From Eledone cirrhosa (taxonomy: Eukaryota): a stretch of 64,000 nt of DNA. The stretch lies in contig OZ024740.1 in the NCBI GenBank assembly GCA_964016885.1, positions 232,934,001 to 232,998,000 of the forward strand. Reading direction: 5' to 3'. Position 1 is the stretch's first letter. The number at the start of each line of letters is the position of its first letter. Under the pieces are notes generated by a model that did no database searches, was not told the origin of the DNA, and saw only the letters and a program-made list of their open reading frames with translations. Positions 1 to 12,538 of the stretch are shown here, piece after piece. A program made the translations under genes and the position numbers.

Positions 1-1117
1 CAGTAATCTTACATGTATTGAAGGGCTTCGAAAGGCAATCGGCTACACCACATTTTCCAGACTGAATCGATAAGAAATGATCATGCTAACACCGATATAC
101 ACATTATAGCGTAACCTCATACATAAGTATTATTTATACACAGACATTCGTTTATATCTTTTATGTCTGTATATGCATGAAAATAAAATATATTTGTGTG
201 TGCGTGTATAGTAGAAAGTACGTAATGACACAGTTTGAAATCTTACTATCATCTTCAACATCTACTACAACAACAACAAACACCACTAATATTACTACTA
301 GTACCACTACTTATTTATTGCGTGTGATAATTCCTCTTTTGACTATCTCTATCGTTCCCTTTTCTATATCGTACATAATTACAGTATGGCATACCCCTAA
401 CACTCACAGACACATACTCACACTCACACACACTCATATATATCATACACACATATACATAGATATTCACTAACCAAACAATCAGACTTTGTATAGACAA
501 GTATTTAAGTGACATTACTAAATATGAAATAAATATAGAAAATTATATATAAATATAATTAGGTTAAAAGATAAAAATCAGATGGAACCATATTTTATTT
601 ATATTATATTATTCCTATTATATATTTGGCAATTTTACTTTTTTTCTTTCTTTTTCTGTTGAAATATTTTGTGTAATGACCTGCTGACACATTTGTGTAC
701 AACCTTGAATGAATTTAGATGTTTAACTGGTTAACTGTGACCTTGTTTGAAATGTGTACTCCCTCCTTATTGTCCTCTATATTCTGAAGTCGTCTTCGTT
801 TTACTTGTATACACGAGAATATTTATTTTTAAGTTTCCATCACTCTTGCGTGGTACTTTCAGCAAGTGTCTACTGTAACTTCGAGCCAGTTAATACCTTT
901 CGAAATTTGGTAGACAGAAAGTGTGCAGTAGTCCGAATATAAATAAATAAATATGTATATAAATAGGGAGGCACAAAGCAGTCTTTGTTTACAAACGGCT
1001 AGTGAATTTGAAAATTAGATAGTAACATGTGCTTACGCCATATTGGACTAAATAGAATTAGTCTGTTAGTTGGGATTTTAATAAAACCTCTGAATGGAAA
1101 AAAAAGGGTGAGTATTG

Positions 1118-1173
1118 ACATGTATGGGACACGAACCCACGTCTTTGGTTTGCCGGACCAATGTGTTACCAGT
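1118..1173 (-). mobile_element. tRNA-like head (SINE remnant or tRNA pseudogene)
   Basis: The reverse complement reads ctggtaacacattggtccggcaaaccaaagacgtgggttcgtgtcccat, with a TGGTA-like D-loop, an anticodon-like arm and a GGTTCG T-loop. No full cloverleaf. Confidence 0.4.
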
Positions 1174-1584
1174 GTTTTTTTTTAAATCTATGAACATGCA
1201 TTTGCTCTGGACTATTGGGAGTATTTATGGATGAGAAAACCTAAACACTAGTGACATGCAGGAACACTATTCTGATCATACTCTTTTGAGCCTGAAATGT
1301 TTACGAATCAGCAAACTGTAAGGATCCCATTGACCAATGTGTCTTCTCCACAATTTGACGGAGATATAGCTGCTATTTCAAACACGTGGGGTGACAAAAA
1401 AAGCCCTTTTATTGACCAAATAATTGTATAACAAATACAATGGAAATGGTTTTGCGTAGGTCATTATTAGTTGGAAATGTTGTGGTGATGATTTTGTATA
1501 GAGGGTGCTGTTTGATCCTGTATATAGGCGTGAATGTCCCAAATATGGTTCATTTTCAATATATGTATATATATAAATATATAA

Positions 1585-1725
<141 letters not shown>

Positions 1726-2034
1726 TGGGGGTGTGTGTATATATATATAAATAATCCAGTTTGTTATGCAGGAGTTATTTCCCGATATTGGTCTTGAGAT
1801 GGGCAAGAGTCGATACAGTTCGGCACCATTTACGTCGCAGGTGAACTGAGGATGTGAAGAGCTGGGACAATTACTGCGAACAATGTTGTTCGACGCTCTA
1901 GCAATTCTGCACATCCAAGATTCTGTGCAAGTACTTTATTTAACAGACATCGAAAGGATGAAAAGTAAAATGGCATCGGCGAAATTTGAAAGCAAACTCT
2001 AAGATTTCATTTCATTATTGAGCAAAGCAAGGGC

Positions 2035-2248
2035 AGTGGATTGGCAGTATCAGTAGAGTCGGACATCATACATTTCAGCATAGAGTTACGGCCCTTTATG
2101 ATCTGAGTTCAAATGACGCAGAGGTTAACTTTGCCTTTCATCTTTACGGGGTCGATAAAATAAAGTACCAGTCACGCACTGGGGTCGATTTAATCGACTT
2201 ACCCCCCCCCCCAATTGCTGGCCTTGTGCCTATATAAGAACCCATTAT
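2035..2248 (+). mobile_element. tRNA-derived SINE (dominant family of the window)
   Basis: A-box-like tggcagtatc..gtaga, B-box gagttcaaat, conserved centre gttaactttgcctttcatc(c)ttacggggtcgataaaataaagtaccag (resembles the Meta/Sauria-type SINE domain), tail ggccttgtgcc...(att)n. Confidence 0.85.
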
Positions 2249-2704
2249 TGAGCAAAGCAAAGACGGTAGTACAAATTGAGAGGAAATTAGTTACTTAGTA
2301 ATTGAGCAAACATATTAGAAAATGTTCCTTCGTTTGGTTTCGTGGTAGTATCAAATGTCCGAGGGATCTTTAATAAAGATGTTTTCCTTAATAATATTAT
2401 TGTCCTCCATTCGATCGTATGGATCAGGTCAATAATTCATTTTATTGTTCAACACAAAATTCTGATCTAATTTAACTGGAGGTTTATCGACGTCTTCATT
2501 GGGAATAGACAAATAGAAAATGAATATGGAACCATATTTCCTGAAAAAACATTTTCATATGTAAAGGAGAGAAAACTGGTTACCATGAAATTTCTCGTAA
2601 AACGTCTGCAAATCTTGTATTTACTCTTAACGGCAAGACAATTATTCTTCTTTTGCTGTAAACAGTATGTTTTTTGAAATCCCATGGGTATTATTGAAGA
2701 AACC

Positions 2705-3030
2705 CCAACGATGACGACAACAACAACAGTGACTGCAAAAACAACAACAACAACAACAACTACATCAACAGAGGACGGCAGCAACAACAACAACAACAAC
2801 AACATCAACAGCGGCAGTACTAGCAACAACAACAGTGGCAGTAGCAACAGCAACGGCACCACCACCACAACCACCACCACCAACAACAACAACAGCAACA
2901 GCAACGGCAGCAACAACAAAAACAACAACGACATCAACATCAACAGCGACAGCAACAACAACAACAAAGACAGCGACAAGAACTACAAATACAAAATAAT
3001 AAAATAGTAACAATAACAAACAATAACATT
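2705..3030. repeat. Degenerate (AAC/AGC/ACC)n trinucleotide tract
   Basis: Seen directly. It explains the poly-T/N/L/V ORFs. Confidence 0.9.
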
Positions 3031-3228
3031 AGTAAAAGAAGTACCAAAAATAAGTGACAATCCCTTTTATTGACCTCATTCGAAGAGAAATATTCCAAGA
3101 GAATAGCCAAAATCTTCTCTGGGGAAAAAGAATAACAGTGTTAGCTAAAGATGTAGATATATATATGGGGGAGTGTGTGTCTGTGTGTAAGTTGATGTTT
3201 GTGTACTTGTGTGTGTATCTATCTCCCT

Positions 3229-3291
<63 letters not shown>

Positions 3292-3844
3292 TTCACATAC
3301 GAATACTTGTATATATGTATGTGTGTATGTGTGTGTGAGTGTTTGTGTACTTGTGTGTGCATCTGTCTCTCTAAATATATATATATTCATTCACACATTC
3401 ATATATATGTGTATGTGTGTGTGTGTGTGTGTTTGATGTGTCTCAGTGTGAGTGTTTGTGTATATGTGTGTGCATTTATGCGTGTCTGTGTGGAAGTGTG
3501 GAAGTGTGGATTTCTGACTATGTGTGTATGTATATATATTTACTTTTGGCCGAGTCGTAACATTTTATGTTGGGTAAGAATCTCTGACCTAACAAATTTT
3601 ATCATAAACATTACAGGCTCTATTATTAACTCATATGAACATCACACACATGTATATAAAGATAGTTCGATTATTAATAGATCGTTCCTTGAGCTGATCG
3701 ACAGTGAAACATATGTAATATGTAATAAATATGTATCTGATGCAACACTGATTCTTAGTTCCTTTATATATTAATACTATATATATATATACATATATAT
3801 TAGTCTTCACATTTATTATTACTATATTTATATATATATATATA

Positions 3845-5178
3845 TATGAAAAAAGTTTGTCCTTCATCAGTGATCTTCCAACCATCATAGGCATTTCATC
3901 GCTTTAAAGACCATATACCTCCGGTTGGTGGGAGCAACGGCTAAAAAAAGTCGTTGGGACACGTAAATAAAGGGGACGCGAGGGTAAACAAACAAAATGG
4001 TGAAGCAACAGAAAGTGAGGAAGAAAGAGACAAGTCCCAGATTTCTATAAATTTAAATTCGGTGAAATCGTGAACGAGAGAATAAAGACCATCAAACCTG
4101 GTTGAAATGTGAGCAAGGAAGGAATTTCGCACAGGTCTAACGGGAGGAAGCAGGGGTCTGGTCTGCGAATTCGGTAAACATAAGTTCTGTGAAACCATAG
4201 ACGAGAGAGAGAAAAAATTCCGACCAGCTTGGCCGAGAGTGCGAGAGAAAAGAATTACTCACAGGTCAAACTGGAAGAAAGAGGAGGAGGAGAGGTAGTG
4301 ACAGAGAATGAGTGAGTGAAGGGTGAGGAAGAGGCTAAAAGAGCGTGAGCCTGCTAGAAAGGGTTGCTTCACCATTTTGTTTGTTTACCCTCGCGTCCCC
4401 TTTATTTACGTGTCCCAACGACTTTTTTTAGCCGTTGCTCGCACGAACCGGAGGTATATGGTCTTTAAAGCGATGAAATGCCTATGATGGTTGGAAGATC
4501 ACTGATGAAGGACAAACTTTTTTCATATGTAACCCATTTGCAACTCCGCAGCGCCCTTATTATCATATTTACACATATGTTTTCCTCTGCTGCTACTTGT
4601 CTTTTTCGTTCTATGTATCTTTACCCTTTCTAGCAGTCTCTCTCTCAGTTAGCCTCTTCCTCACACTTCACTCACTCATTCTCTGTCACTACCTCTCCTC
4701 CTCCTCTTACTTCCCGTTTGACCTGTGAGTAATTCTTTTCTCTCGCACTCTCGGCCAAGCTGGTCGGAATGTTTTCTCTCTCTCGTCTACGATTTCACAG
4801 AACTTATGTTTACCGAATTCGCAGACGAGACCCATTCTTCCTCCCGTTAGACCTGTGCGAAATTCCTTCCTTGCTCATATTTCAACCAGGTTTGATGGTC
4901 TTTATTCTCTCGTTCACGATTTCACCGAATTTAAATTCATAGAAATCTGGGACTTGTCTCTTTCTTCCTCACTTTCTGTTGCTTCACCATTTTGTTTGTT
5001 TACCCTCGCGTCCCCTTTATTTACGTGTCCCAACGACTTTTTTTAGCCGTTGCTCGCACCAACCGGAGGTATATGGTCTTTAAAGCGATGAAATGCCTAT
5101 GATGGTTGGAAGATCACTGATGAAGGACAAACTTTTTCATATGTAACCCATTTGCAACTCCGCAGTGCCTTATTATCA
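3845..5178 (+). mobile_element. Non-coding element: inverted copy (3845-4364) joined to a partial tandem (period about 615 bp), Penelope pLTR/retrozyme-like architecture, in (TA)n
   Basis: tgcttcaccattttg... occurs at 4365 and 4980. 3845-4364 is the reverse complement of about 4623-5142. Both ends abut (TA)n. Confidence 0.7.
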
Positions 5179-5222
5179 TATATATATATATTTATATATA
5201 TATATTTATATATATATATATA

Positions 5223-5523
<301 letters not shown>

Positions 5524-5635
5524 TGTGTGTGTGTGTGTAAATGAAGTGATTCTGTCGGAAAAGTCCAGGAAAAAAGAGTGCTCTATGTAGGTAACAGAGC
5601 TTAATAGTTATGTAATAAACAACATCAGGCAATTA

Positions 5636-5696
5636 TTTCATTTACCAGTGGCTTCTTAAAAGCAAAAAAATGTTGCTTTCAATCATCAGAATGAAA
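5636..5696 (-). ncRNA. Hammerhead ribozyme, mirror copy (GAAA changed to GAAG)
   Basis: Reverse complement of the 5826-5886 motif with one core substitution. Confidence 0.65.
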
Positions 5697-5825
5697 AAAT
5701 CCTGGTGTATTTATTGGCGTTGGATTTTAAAAACAAAAATGCAATTTATATGAAAGTGAGGCTTACTTTCATATAGATTGCATTTTTGTTTTTAAATTCC
5801 AACGCCAATAAATACACCAGGATTT

Positions 5826-5886
5826 TTTCATTCTGATGATTGAAAGCAAAATTTTTGGGCTTTTAAGAAACCACTGGTAAATGAAA
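5826..5886 (+). ncRNA. Minimal type I hammerhead ribozyme, canonical core
   Basis: tttcatt-CTGATGA-ttgaaagc[aaaatttttgg]gcttttaa-GAAA-cca[c]tgg-TA-aatgaaa. All three stems pair. Predicted cleavage after GUA (5879). Confidence 0.85.
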
Positions 5887-5911
5887 TAATTGCCTTATGT
5901 TGTTTATTACA

Positions 5912-5956
<45 letters not shown>

Positions 5957-5958
<2 letters not shown>

Positions 5959-6477
5959 TTAGAAACACACAGATACATGCGGACACACACATATATACAT
6001 GAATGCATCCGCACCCAACTGTGAGTTAAGGGTGCCAACTTCACCGATGTTGCTCAATGAATGACTGGGACAGACCAATTCAGTTTGAACCAGACTGAAC
6101 CAGTATCAGAGTTAAAAATACATTATGAAGAGAGAAGAAACATTTAGATATAATTAGTAATAAAATGTATCATACCTAAACTGTTCCTAAATTCCTCGAC
6201 TACGTAGTTTCGTGGCATAAACAAAAACAATATATCAAAGATATAGAGTCCTTGCGAGGTCTGCCGACTTATCAAGAGGATACCTCATTTTACTAGTCTC
6301 AAGAACGCGTCTACACGACGTGAGAAAGAATCCCAAAAGGCGGAGGGGGAGATAGTCACGCGATATAACGGTCGAGAAACAGAGCTAAGCCTCTTATAAC
6401 CACGAAAAAAATACCACGGAGGCGGAGGGGGTATTCATATCGAGGCCGTAGAAGAGGTAGTGAAGAAGGCGAGAAGT
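5957..6477 (-). mobile_element. HHR element family C, single arm
   Basis: Nearly identical to the arms at 42500-43343. TA-flanked. HHR at 6193-6280 (-). Confidence 0.8.
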
Positions 6478-6545
6478 ATATATATATATATATATAAAAT
6501 AAAGTTAAATAAATGTCAAATGATTAAAATTTAGCTTCGTTTATT

Positions 6546-6600
6546 ACTGCTATATATATTTCAGTGACAGCCATCTTTGGCTGTGACCTCTTCAGGCAGT
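6546..6600 (-). ncRNA. Minimal type I hammerhead ribozyme, mirror copy
   Basis: Exact reverse complement of 6772-6826. Confidence 0.85.
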
Positions 6601-6771
6601 TTGAATTAGTATGGTATAGACAAGTACATATGTTGTTTAGGTATATGATATTGTCAATACTCTGATATGCCCAGTTCCTTGTTGGGTTGTTAATTCACTG
6701 GGGAACTGGAGTCATTGACAATATCATACACCTAAACAACATATGTACTTGTCTATACCATACTAATTCAA

Positions 6772-6826
6772 ACTGCCTGAAGAGGTCACAGCCAAAGATG
6801 GCTGTCACTGAAATATATATAGCAGT
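6772..6826 (+). ncRNA. Minimal type I hammerhead ribozyme
   Basis: actgc-CTGAAGA-ggtcacagcca[aaga]tggctgtcact-GAAA-tatata-TA-gcagt, with a palindromic stem III. Confidence 0.85.
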
Positions 6827-6972
6827 AATAAACGAAGCTAAATTTTAATCATTTGACTTTTATTTAACTTTATTTTACACTACTCCGGAGTAACCAAACC
6901 AACCTGCGCACTTCGTCGAGTGCTCCAGCCTGCATACTGAGGTGTTGGTATACAACCAACATAAACTCAAAA

Positions 6973-7003
<31 letters not shown>

Positions 7004-7234
7004 TGAAAATTGCAAACCTGACTGTCACCACACAATGTGAACCTGAAGATTGCGAAAGCATGAAAGTACTTGTTCAATTAATACTTAACATTTAATATTC
7101 TACCATACTATTTCATTCTAATGCCATTATAAATTTTAAAGGTTTGTAAATAAAACGAGTAAATCAGACAAAGTTGGAATTCTTTTTATTAATATAATCT
7201 TCTATACACAATCATACACACCCGTGTATATTTA

Positions 7235-7312
<78 letters not shown>

Positions 7313-7314
<2 letters not shown>

Positions 7315-7442
7315 GTAATAATAAATGTGAAGACTAAAATCCGAAGAGGGCTCGATAAGGATTATATATATAAAAACACGTAGAGCAAATATTTATTATA
7401 AGAACAGATTAAAGTTTAAGAAAAGAATCGCTGTTTTCACCC
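7313..7442 (-). mobile_element. Family E fragment (TA-flanked)
   Basis: Homologous to 63591-63733. Other pieces at about 3798-3825 and 38586-38650. Confidence 0.65.
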
Positions 7443-7634
7443 ATATATATATATATACCCAATGATTGGGCCTTGGTTCAGTTGTGGATTTTTTGTCTAG
7501 TTTTGAGCTTTGCATGCAGTGGACGTTTGTCTGTTGGCTGTGAGTTACGTCCTGGTTTTACGTACATAAAACAATGCGGCAAAGCTTGCGTTTCAAAGCT
7601 TGCGTTTCCTCTGGCCCTTTACATCCTGGTTCAA

Positions 7635-7772
7635 ATCTCACCAAGGTTAAGTTTGCCTCACGTTCTTAAGGGGTGGATTAATTAAAGTACGAGTCACGCA
7701 CTGGGGGTCGATTTAATTAACTTTCTCCCTCTCCCCAAAATTGTTGGCCTTGTATCTAAATCAGAAACCATT
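7635..7772 (+). mobile_element. Degenerate SINE copy
   Basis: ggttcaaatc...ggttaagtttgcct...ggccttgtatct matches the SINE consensus. Confidence 0.65.
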
Positions 7773-8919
7773 ACTTGTCTTGTTCTTTTAATAGAAGTTT
7801 GTTTGTTCTGCCTGCCACTACATGTAGATACCAAATATTGCCTTTGTTTCTGTTATTTCTCAGCGACAAACCGATTTAACCACCCAACCCGCCCCAAACA
7901 AAACATTTAGTCTTGATAAATACATTAATCATTGTCGAACTTAAAAAGATCCGTACATTACTTGTTATAAAATATAAAATGAAACACAAATCATAGGAAG
8001 AGCTTTTAGTGGTGATAGATATTGCAGACATTGCCAAATGTTGAGACTGTGTTCCTGTCAAATATTTGGTCAAGTAAGCTATTCGAAGCAGACAGATAAT
8101 GTGATACGACGCCAGCCACCGCCCAGCCACATCCTAGGTTGTTGTCATCGGTCAGATTCGGCCGTGGTAATGAAAGACCAAAGGTAGGGGGGTGGAATTT
8201 CAAAGTCTAGAGAGAAAATGTCTCTACGTAGGTAATGAAGAAGGAAGAAAGAAAAAGAAAGAAAGAAAGAAAAATAAAGAAAGGTGTGGGAGGTATGCCA
8301 TACAGAAACGCGGAGAAAAACGAATTTATAGAAAGTGGAAAAGATGCAGGTGTAGGAGAGTGAGTAAATGGGGGAGGGATTCAGAAGAATGATAGGCGAG
8401 AGCATGATAATAGACGGAATATAAGAAAAGCGAAAATGTGTATTTATGATATTGTCAGGAGACGAGGTTTCGATAACAGGGAACGACTGTTATACATATT
8501 TTAATGATTTTGTTTGTACAATGTACATCAGCCTAGACCACATGGCAGCGCCAAATTCAACATTGTATTTGAAATATTGACATAAGGCTATTTTGTAGAC
8601 TGTGCTGAGTCCGGGATGAAAGCCACCCGACAATCTCCCTACATTTCTTTGCTGAGCATATATTCACAATGCGACAGGTCTTTGAGAAATCGTGGGAGTA
8701 GGTCCAAGAGGTTTATTCTTGCTTTGTATAACACGAAAATGCATACAATCGCTTTCCACGGGACCTGCTGTTGGAATGCGGCATCGATGTTCAGCTTCTA
8801 GTTACCTTTATATCTCTATACGAATTCCCGAGTATTTGTGTTCGGATAAATGGGGCTAAATCGAAACCATTAATGCGGAAGTCGGACACGGTCAAGGGTT
8901 CATACTGTCATTTCCCCCA

Positions 8920-9096
8920 TTGGCAGTATAGGTAGAGGGTCGGACGCCATTCTTTGCAGCACAGTTACGTCCCTTTACGGACTGAGTTCAAATCCCACCG
9001 AGGTTAACTTTGCATTTCATCCTTACGGGGTCGATAAAATAAAGTACCAGTAATGCACTGGGTAATTGCTGGCCTTGTGCCATAAGTAGAAACAAT
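8920..9096 (+). mobile_element. tRNA-derived SINE
   Basis: Full match to the family consensus. Confidence 0.9.
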
Positions 9097-10130
9097 TCTT
9101 TTTAGGAACAGAATTAGCATGCGCAGCCGGGTTGGAAGTGATATTACTTAACTCGACTGAGGATTATCACCGACATGTTTGATGGCAAGTGCTGCATGGC
9201 TGAAATAAAAAAAAAACAGTGCTGCGAAAACTGAAACACTCGTCCTCTCAAGGATGCCTGCGCAGTAAACACTACATGTGAATGGATTTCCACTGAAGCA
9301 AGTTATGAAGTTCAAAGTTTGTGTTTATGTCTTCAATTTCGTTCTATAATTAAGCTTCTTCAAAACATACCAGTTGAACACAAATCACGAGAATTATTAT
9401 GCAGATTGTTTTACATTGGCACTTACATCGCATTCTGGAAAAAGGAGTATACTTTTATAAAAAGATATCCACTAGTCAGCTAAACATCAGACCCACTACT
9501 TTTTTGCATTTTCTACATTTTATAAAATTTCAATGATTTTTTTTTTTTTTTTTTTTTAGATTTTATACTCTTTAAATGGAGTTATGTCTAATCATTTCTT
9601 GGATAATCTATCAATTGTAGTTTATCATTTCGAGAACCTACTGTATTTGCGTTTAGTATTCACTGAACTCTTGAATCATTATTTTCATTCATGGCAGCCA
9701 ATGTAAATTATTTACTAAGTGATTTTCCAACTACTATTTCGCAAAATAAGTTAGAAACATATGTAGGATTGTCATCTATATTTGTCTGAAAATATTTGTT
9801 CTGACGAACTTTACTTTTTATCGCCGTATAATTCTTTATATTTAACTCTTTCCTTCTCGTGTCGTTGAATATATTAACACTAGTGAATTTTTTGTCGATT
9901 TTGATTTAATTTTAATCTGGGAGTGGAACTACGTAATGTATTGTTATTTGTAAAGAAATCAACACGTAAATTCGTTTACTCTAACATTAAATTCATAGCA
10001 TATGTAACAATGTAACTTTCTAAACAAGATTTGTTAAAAGCACGGTTTCGATTTAAATTAAGTTTAGGTTTCTTATACAGTTGAAAACCGTTCACATTTT
10101 CAAAACTATCTATCTATCTTTCAATCTATC

Positions 10131-10189
<59 letters not shown>

Positions 10190-10192
10190 GTC

Positions 10193-10231
<39 letters not shown>

Positions 10232-10341
10232 ATATATATCTATCAGTCTGTCCATTTTTCTATGAGCCAACCTGTCTGATTCGGAAGACATATAAATAAT
10301 TTGATAGAGAGATATCGGAATGTGTGCGTGTAAAAATAGGT

Positions 10342-10380
<39 letters not shown>

Positions 10381-10740
10381 TCAGACAAAGATATATATGT
10401 TTGTAGATAAGTAGTGAGATAAGGCGATATATGGATAGATAAGTAAATAAAAAAGTAAAGTTGATAGAAGTGGGCAGAGAAGTTAAGTGAAATGTCTGAG
10501 GTCCTGATTTAAAGAAAATCTAGCACTATGTCGGTCTTAACGAGTTGTGTGAACCGTCCATCAAAAAGGGCAGCCATCACGCAAGAAGACATTTCAAGAA
10601 TGAACATCTTGTTAGCATTATGGAATTCCACTCGTGCTTGCCAATTAGTAGCTATCTCAGGTATCCATAGCAATTCTTCTACATCATTTACCAAACTCTA
10701 AATTCCTATTTTCCTACTTCTTGCTTCATTTACAACGAAT

Positions 10741-10797
<57 letters not shown>

Positions 10798-10826
10798 CAT
10801 ATACATATATATATATATACATATAC

Positions 10827-10884
<58 letters not shown>

Positions 10885-10894
10885 ATACATATAC

Positions 10895-10926
<32 letters not shown>

Positions 10927-11011
10927 ATATATGTATGTATATATATACATGTATGTATATATATACATATGTATATATGTACATGTGTATGTATGTATGT
11001 ATGTATGTACG

Positions 11012-11061
<50 letters not shown>

Positions 11062-11280
11062 TCATTGGTTTACTTCAGTTTTTGTATCTTAATTTTTTTT
11101 ATTTGTATTTGTTTATGGGCTTTAATCCACTTGTGAAGTGGTTTCTAGTTTATATATTAGTTTGGGTATTTTTTCTCCAAAATGTCTGACTAAATACACA
11201 CGTGTTTTTCTCAAACAAATTTTTCCCGTTCCTTCCTCTTCCCCTTTATCTTTCTATTTAATCTTTCATTTCTTATTCTA

Positions 11281-11316
11281 TCTTCTAATGAAGGACTAGT
11301 GTCCAAAACGTCAGGA
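11281..11316 (+). ncRNA. Degenerate minimal hammerhead in a probable Penelope pLTR remnant (about 11058-11400)
   Basis: tctt-CTAATGA-a-ggac[tagt]gtcc-AAAA-cg-TC-agga. Two G-to-A core changes, so probably inactive. Confidence 0.55.
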
Positions 11317-11439
11317 CACTTTTCCAAATATATCAAGCGTTAAACTAATACATTTCTTCTATAACTGTGTTGTTTGCTTTGTTATTTCTGTTATTTTTTC
11401 TACATGCACACACCGGCGCGTGCTCACAGATACACACAC

Positions 11440-11492
<53 letters not shown>

Positions 11493-11745
11493 AATTAGAC
11501 AGTCCTATTGATTGATTAATTGTTTATGTTTGTGTGATAACTTCTGGTTGAGTGCTTAATTCGGTTTGTCTAAATGCTTCCTCTCTAAATATCCGATCAT
11601 CTGTGGGCCGGACAGTTCCAAAATTCCCTCGCTAAATATGTAAATTATTTTTGAAAATTAATCTTTAAATTTGCCGCTTTACCTTTAAATTTTGTTCTTG
11701 AACTACGAGGAAAATGTTGATTACCCGAGAACTCTTTATATACAT

Positions 11746-12437
11746 CATTAACTTTGCCTTTCATCCTTACGGGGTCGATAAAATAAAGTACCAGTAATGT
11801 ACTGGGTAATTTCTGGCCTTGTGCCAATAGTAGAAACAATTATTTTGAGGCGGTGAATTGGCAGTATAGGTAGAGGGTCGGACACCATGCTTTCTAGCAT
11901 AGTTACGTCCCTTTACAGTCTGAGTTCAAATCCCGCCGAGGTTAACTTTGCCTTTAATCCTTATGGGGTCGATAAAATAAAGTACCAGTAATGTACTGGG
12001 CTATTGCTGGTCTTGTGCCTAAAGTAGAAACAATTATGTTGGGGTAATTGCTGGCCTTGAGCCAAAAGTAGAAACAATTATTTTACCATAATGGCGTCGG
12101 ATTGGTAGTATCGGTAGAGGGTTGGACGCCATGCTTTGACGCATTGAGTTACGGCCCTTGCCATTCTGAGTTCAAATCCCGCCGAGGTTAACTTTGACTT
12201 TCATCCTTACTGGGTTGATAAAATAAAATACCAGTATACACTGGGTAATTGCTGGCCTTGTGCCAAAAAGTAGAAACAAATATTTTACTATAATTTCCAG
12301 CATAGTTACGTCCCTTTACGTTCTGAGTTCAAATCCCGCCGAGATTAACTTTGCCTTTCATCCTTACGGGGTCGATAAAATAAAGTACCAGTATGCACTG
12401 GGTAATTGCTGGCCTTGTGCCAAAAGTAGAAATAATT
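11746..12437 (+). mobile_element. Cluster of five head-to-tail SINE copies/fragments
   Basis: Copies at about 11746-11845, 11848-12036, 12043-12083, 12098-12283 and 12296-12437. Confidence 0.9.
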
Positions 12438-12538
12438 AGTTTATCAGTATTCCTCATCATGTTGTTGATGATTTAGATGCTATTCTATCTATCTATCTAT
12501 CTAATTTTCATAAAAATTTATAACAAATTGTTTTAACT

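Larger units (their letters stand above)
5538..5918. mobile_element. Palindromic HHR element family B
   Basis: Arms of about 155 bp (5604-5758 and 5763-5918), a 4-nt centre and a one-sided tail 5538-5603. Flanked by (TG)n and (TA)n. Confidence 0.8.
6496..6977. mobile_element. Palindromic HHR element family D
   Basis: Arms 6496-6658 and 6716-6877, tail 6878-6977, (TA)n on both sides. Confidence 0.8.

Noticed and set aside
3690-3722. CTGATCGA-cagt-GAAA-catatg-TA hammerhead-like string
   Set aside because: The stem III palindrome is present, but there is no stem II or adjacent stem I.
4470-4515. GAAA...CTGATGA as a type II hammerhead
   Set aside because: Stems I and III could not be paired convincingly.
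3941-5046. Duplicated ORF RNSFLAHISTRFDG... (likewise the twin ORFs at 42515/42961 and 5097/50423)
   Set aside because: By-products of the inverted or dispersed repeats, with no recognisable domain.
8463-8490. Possible pogo/Tigger-like TIR (cgaggtttcgataacagggaacgactg)
   Set aside because: No partner TIR found.
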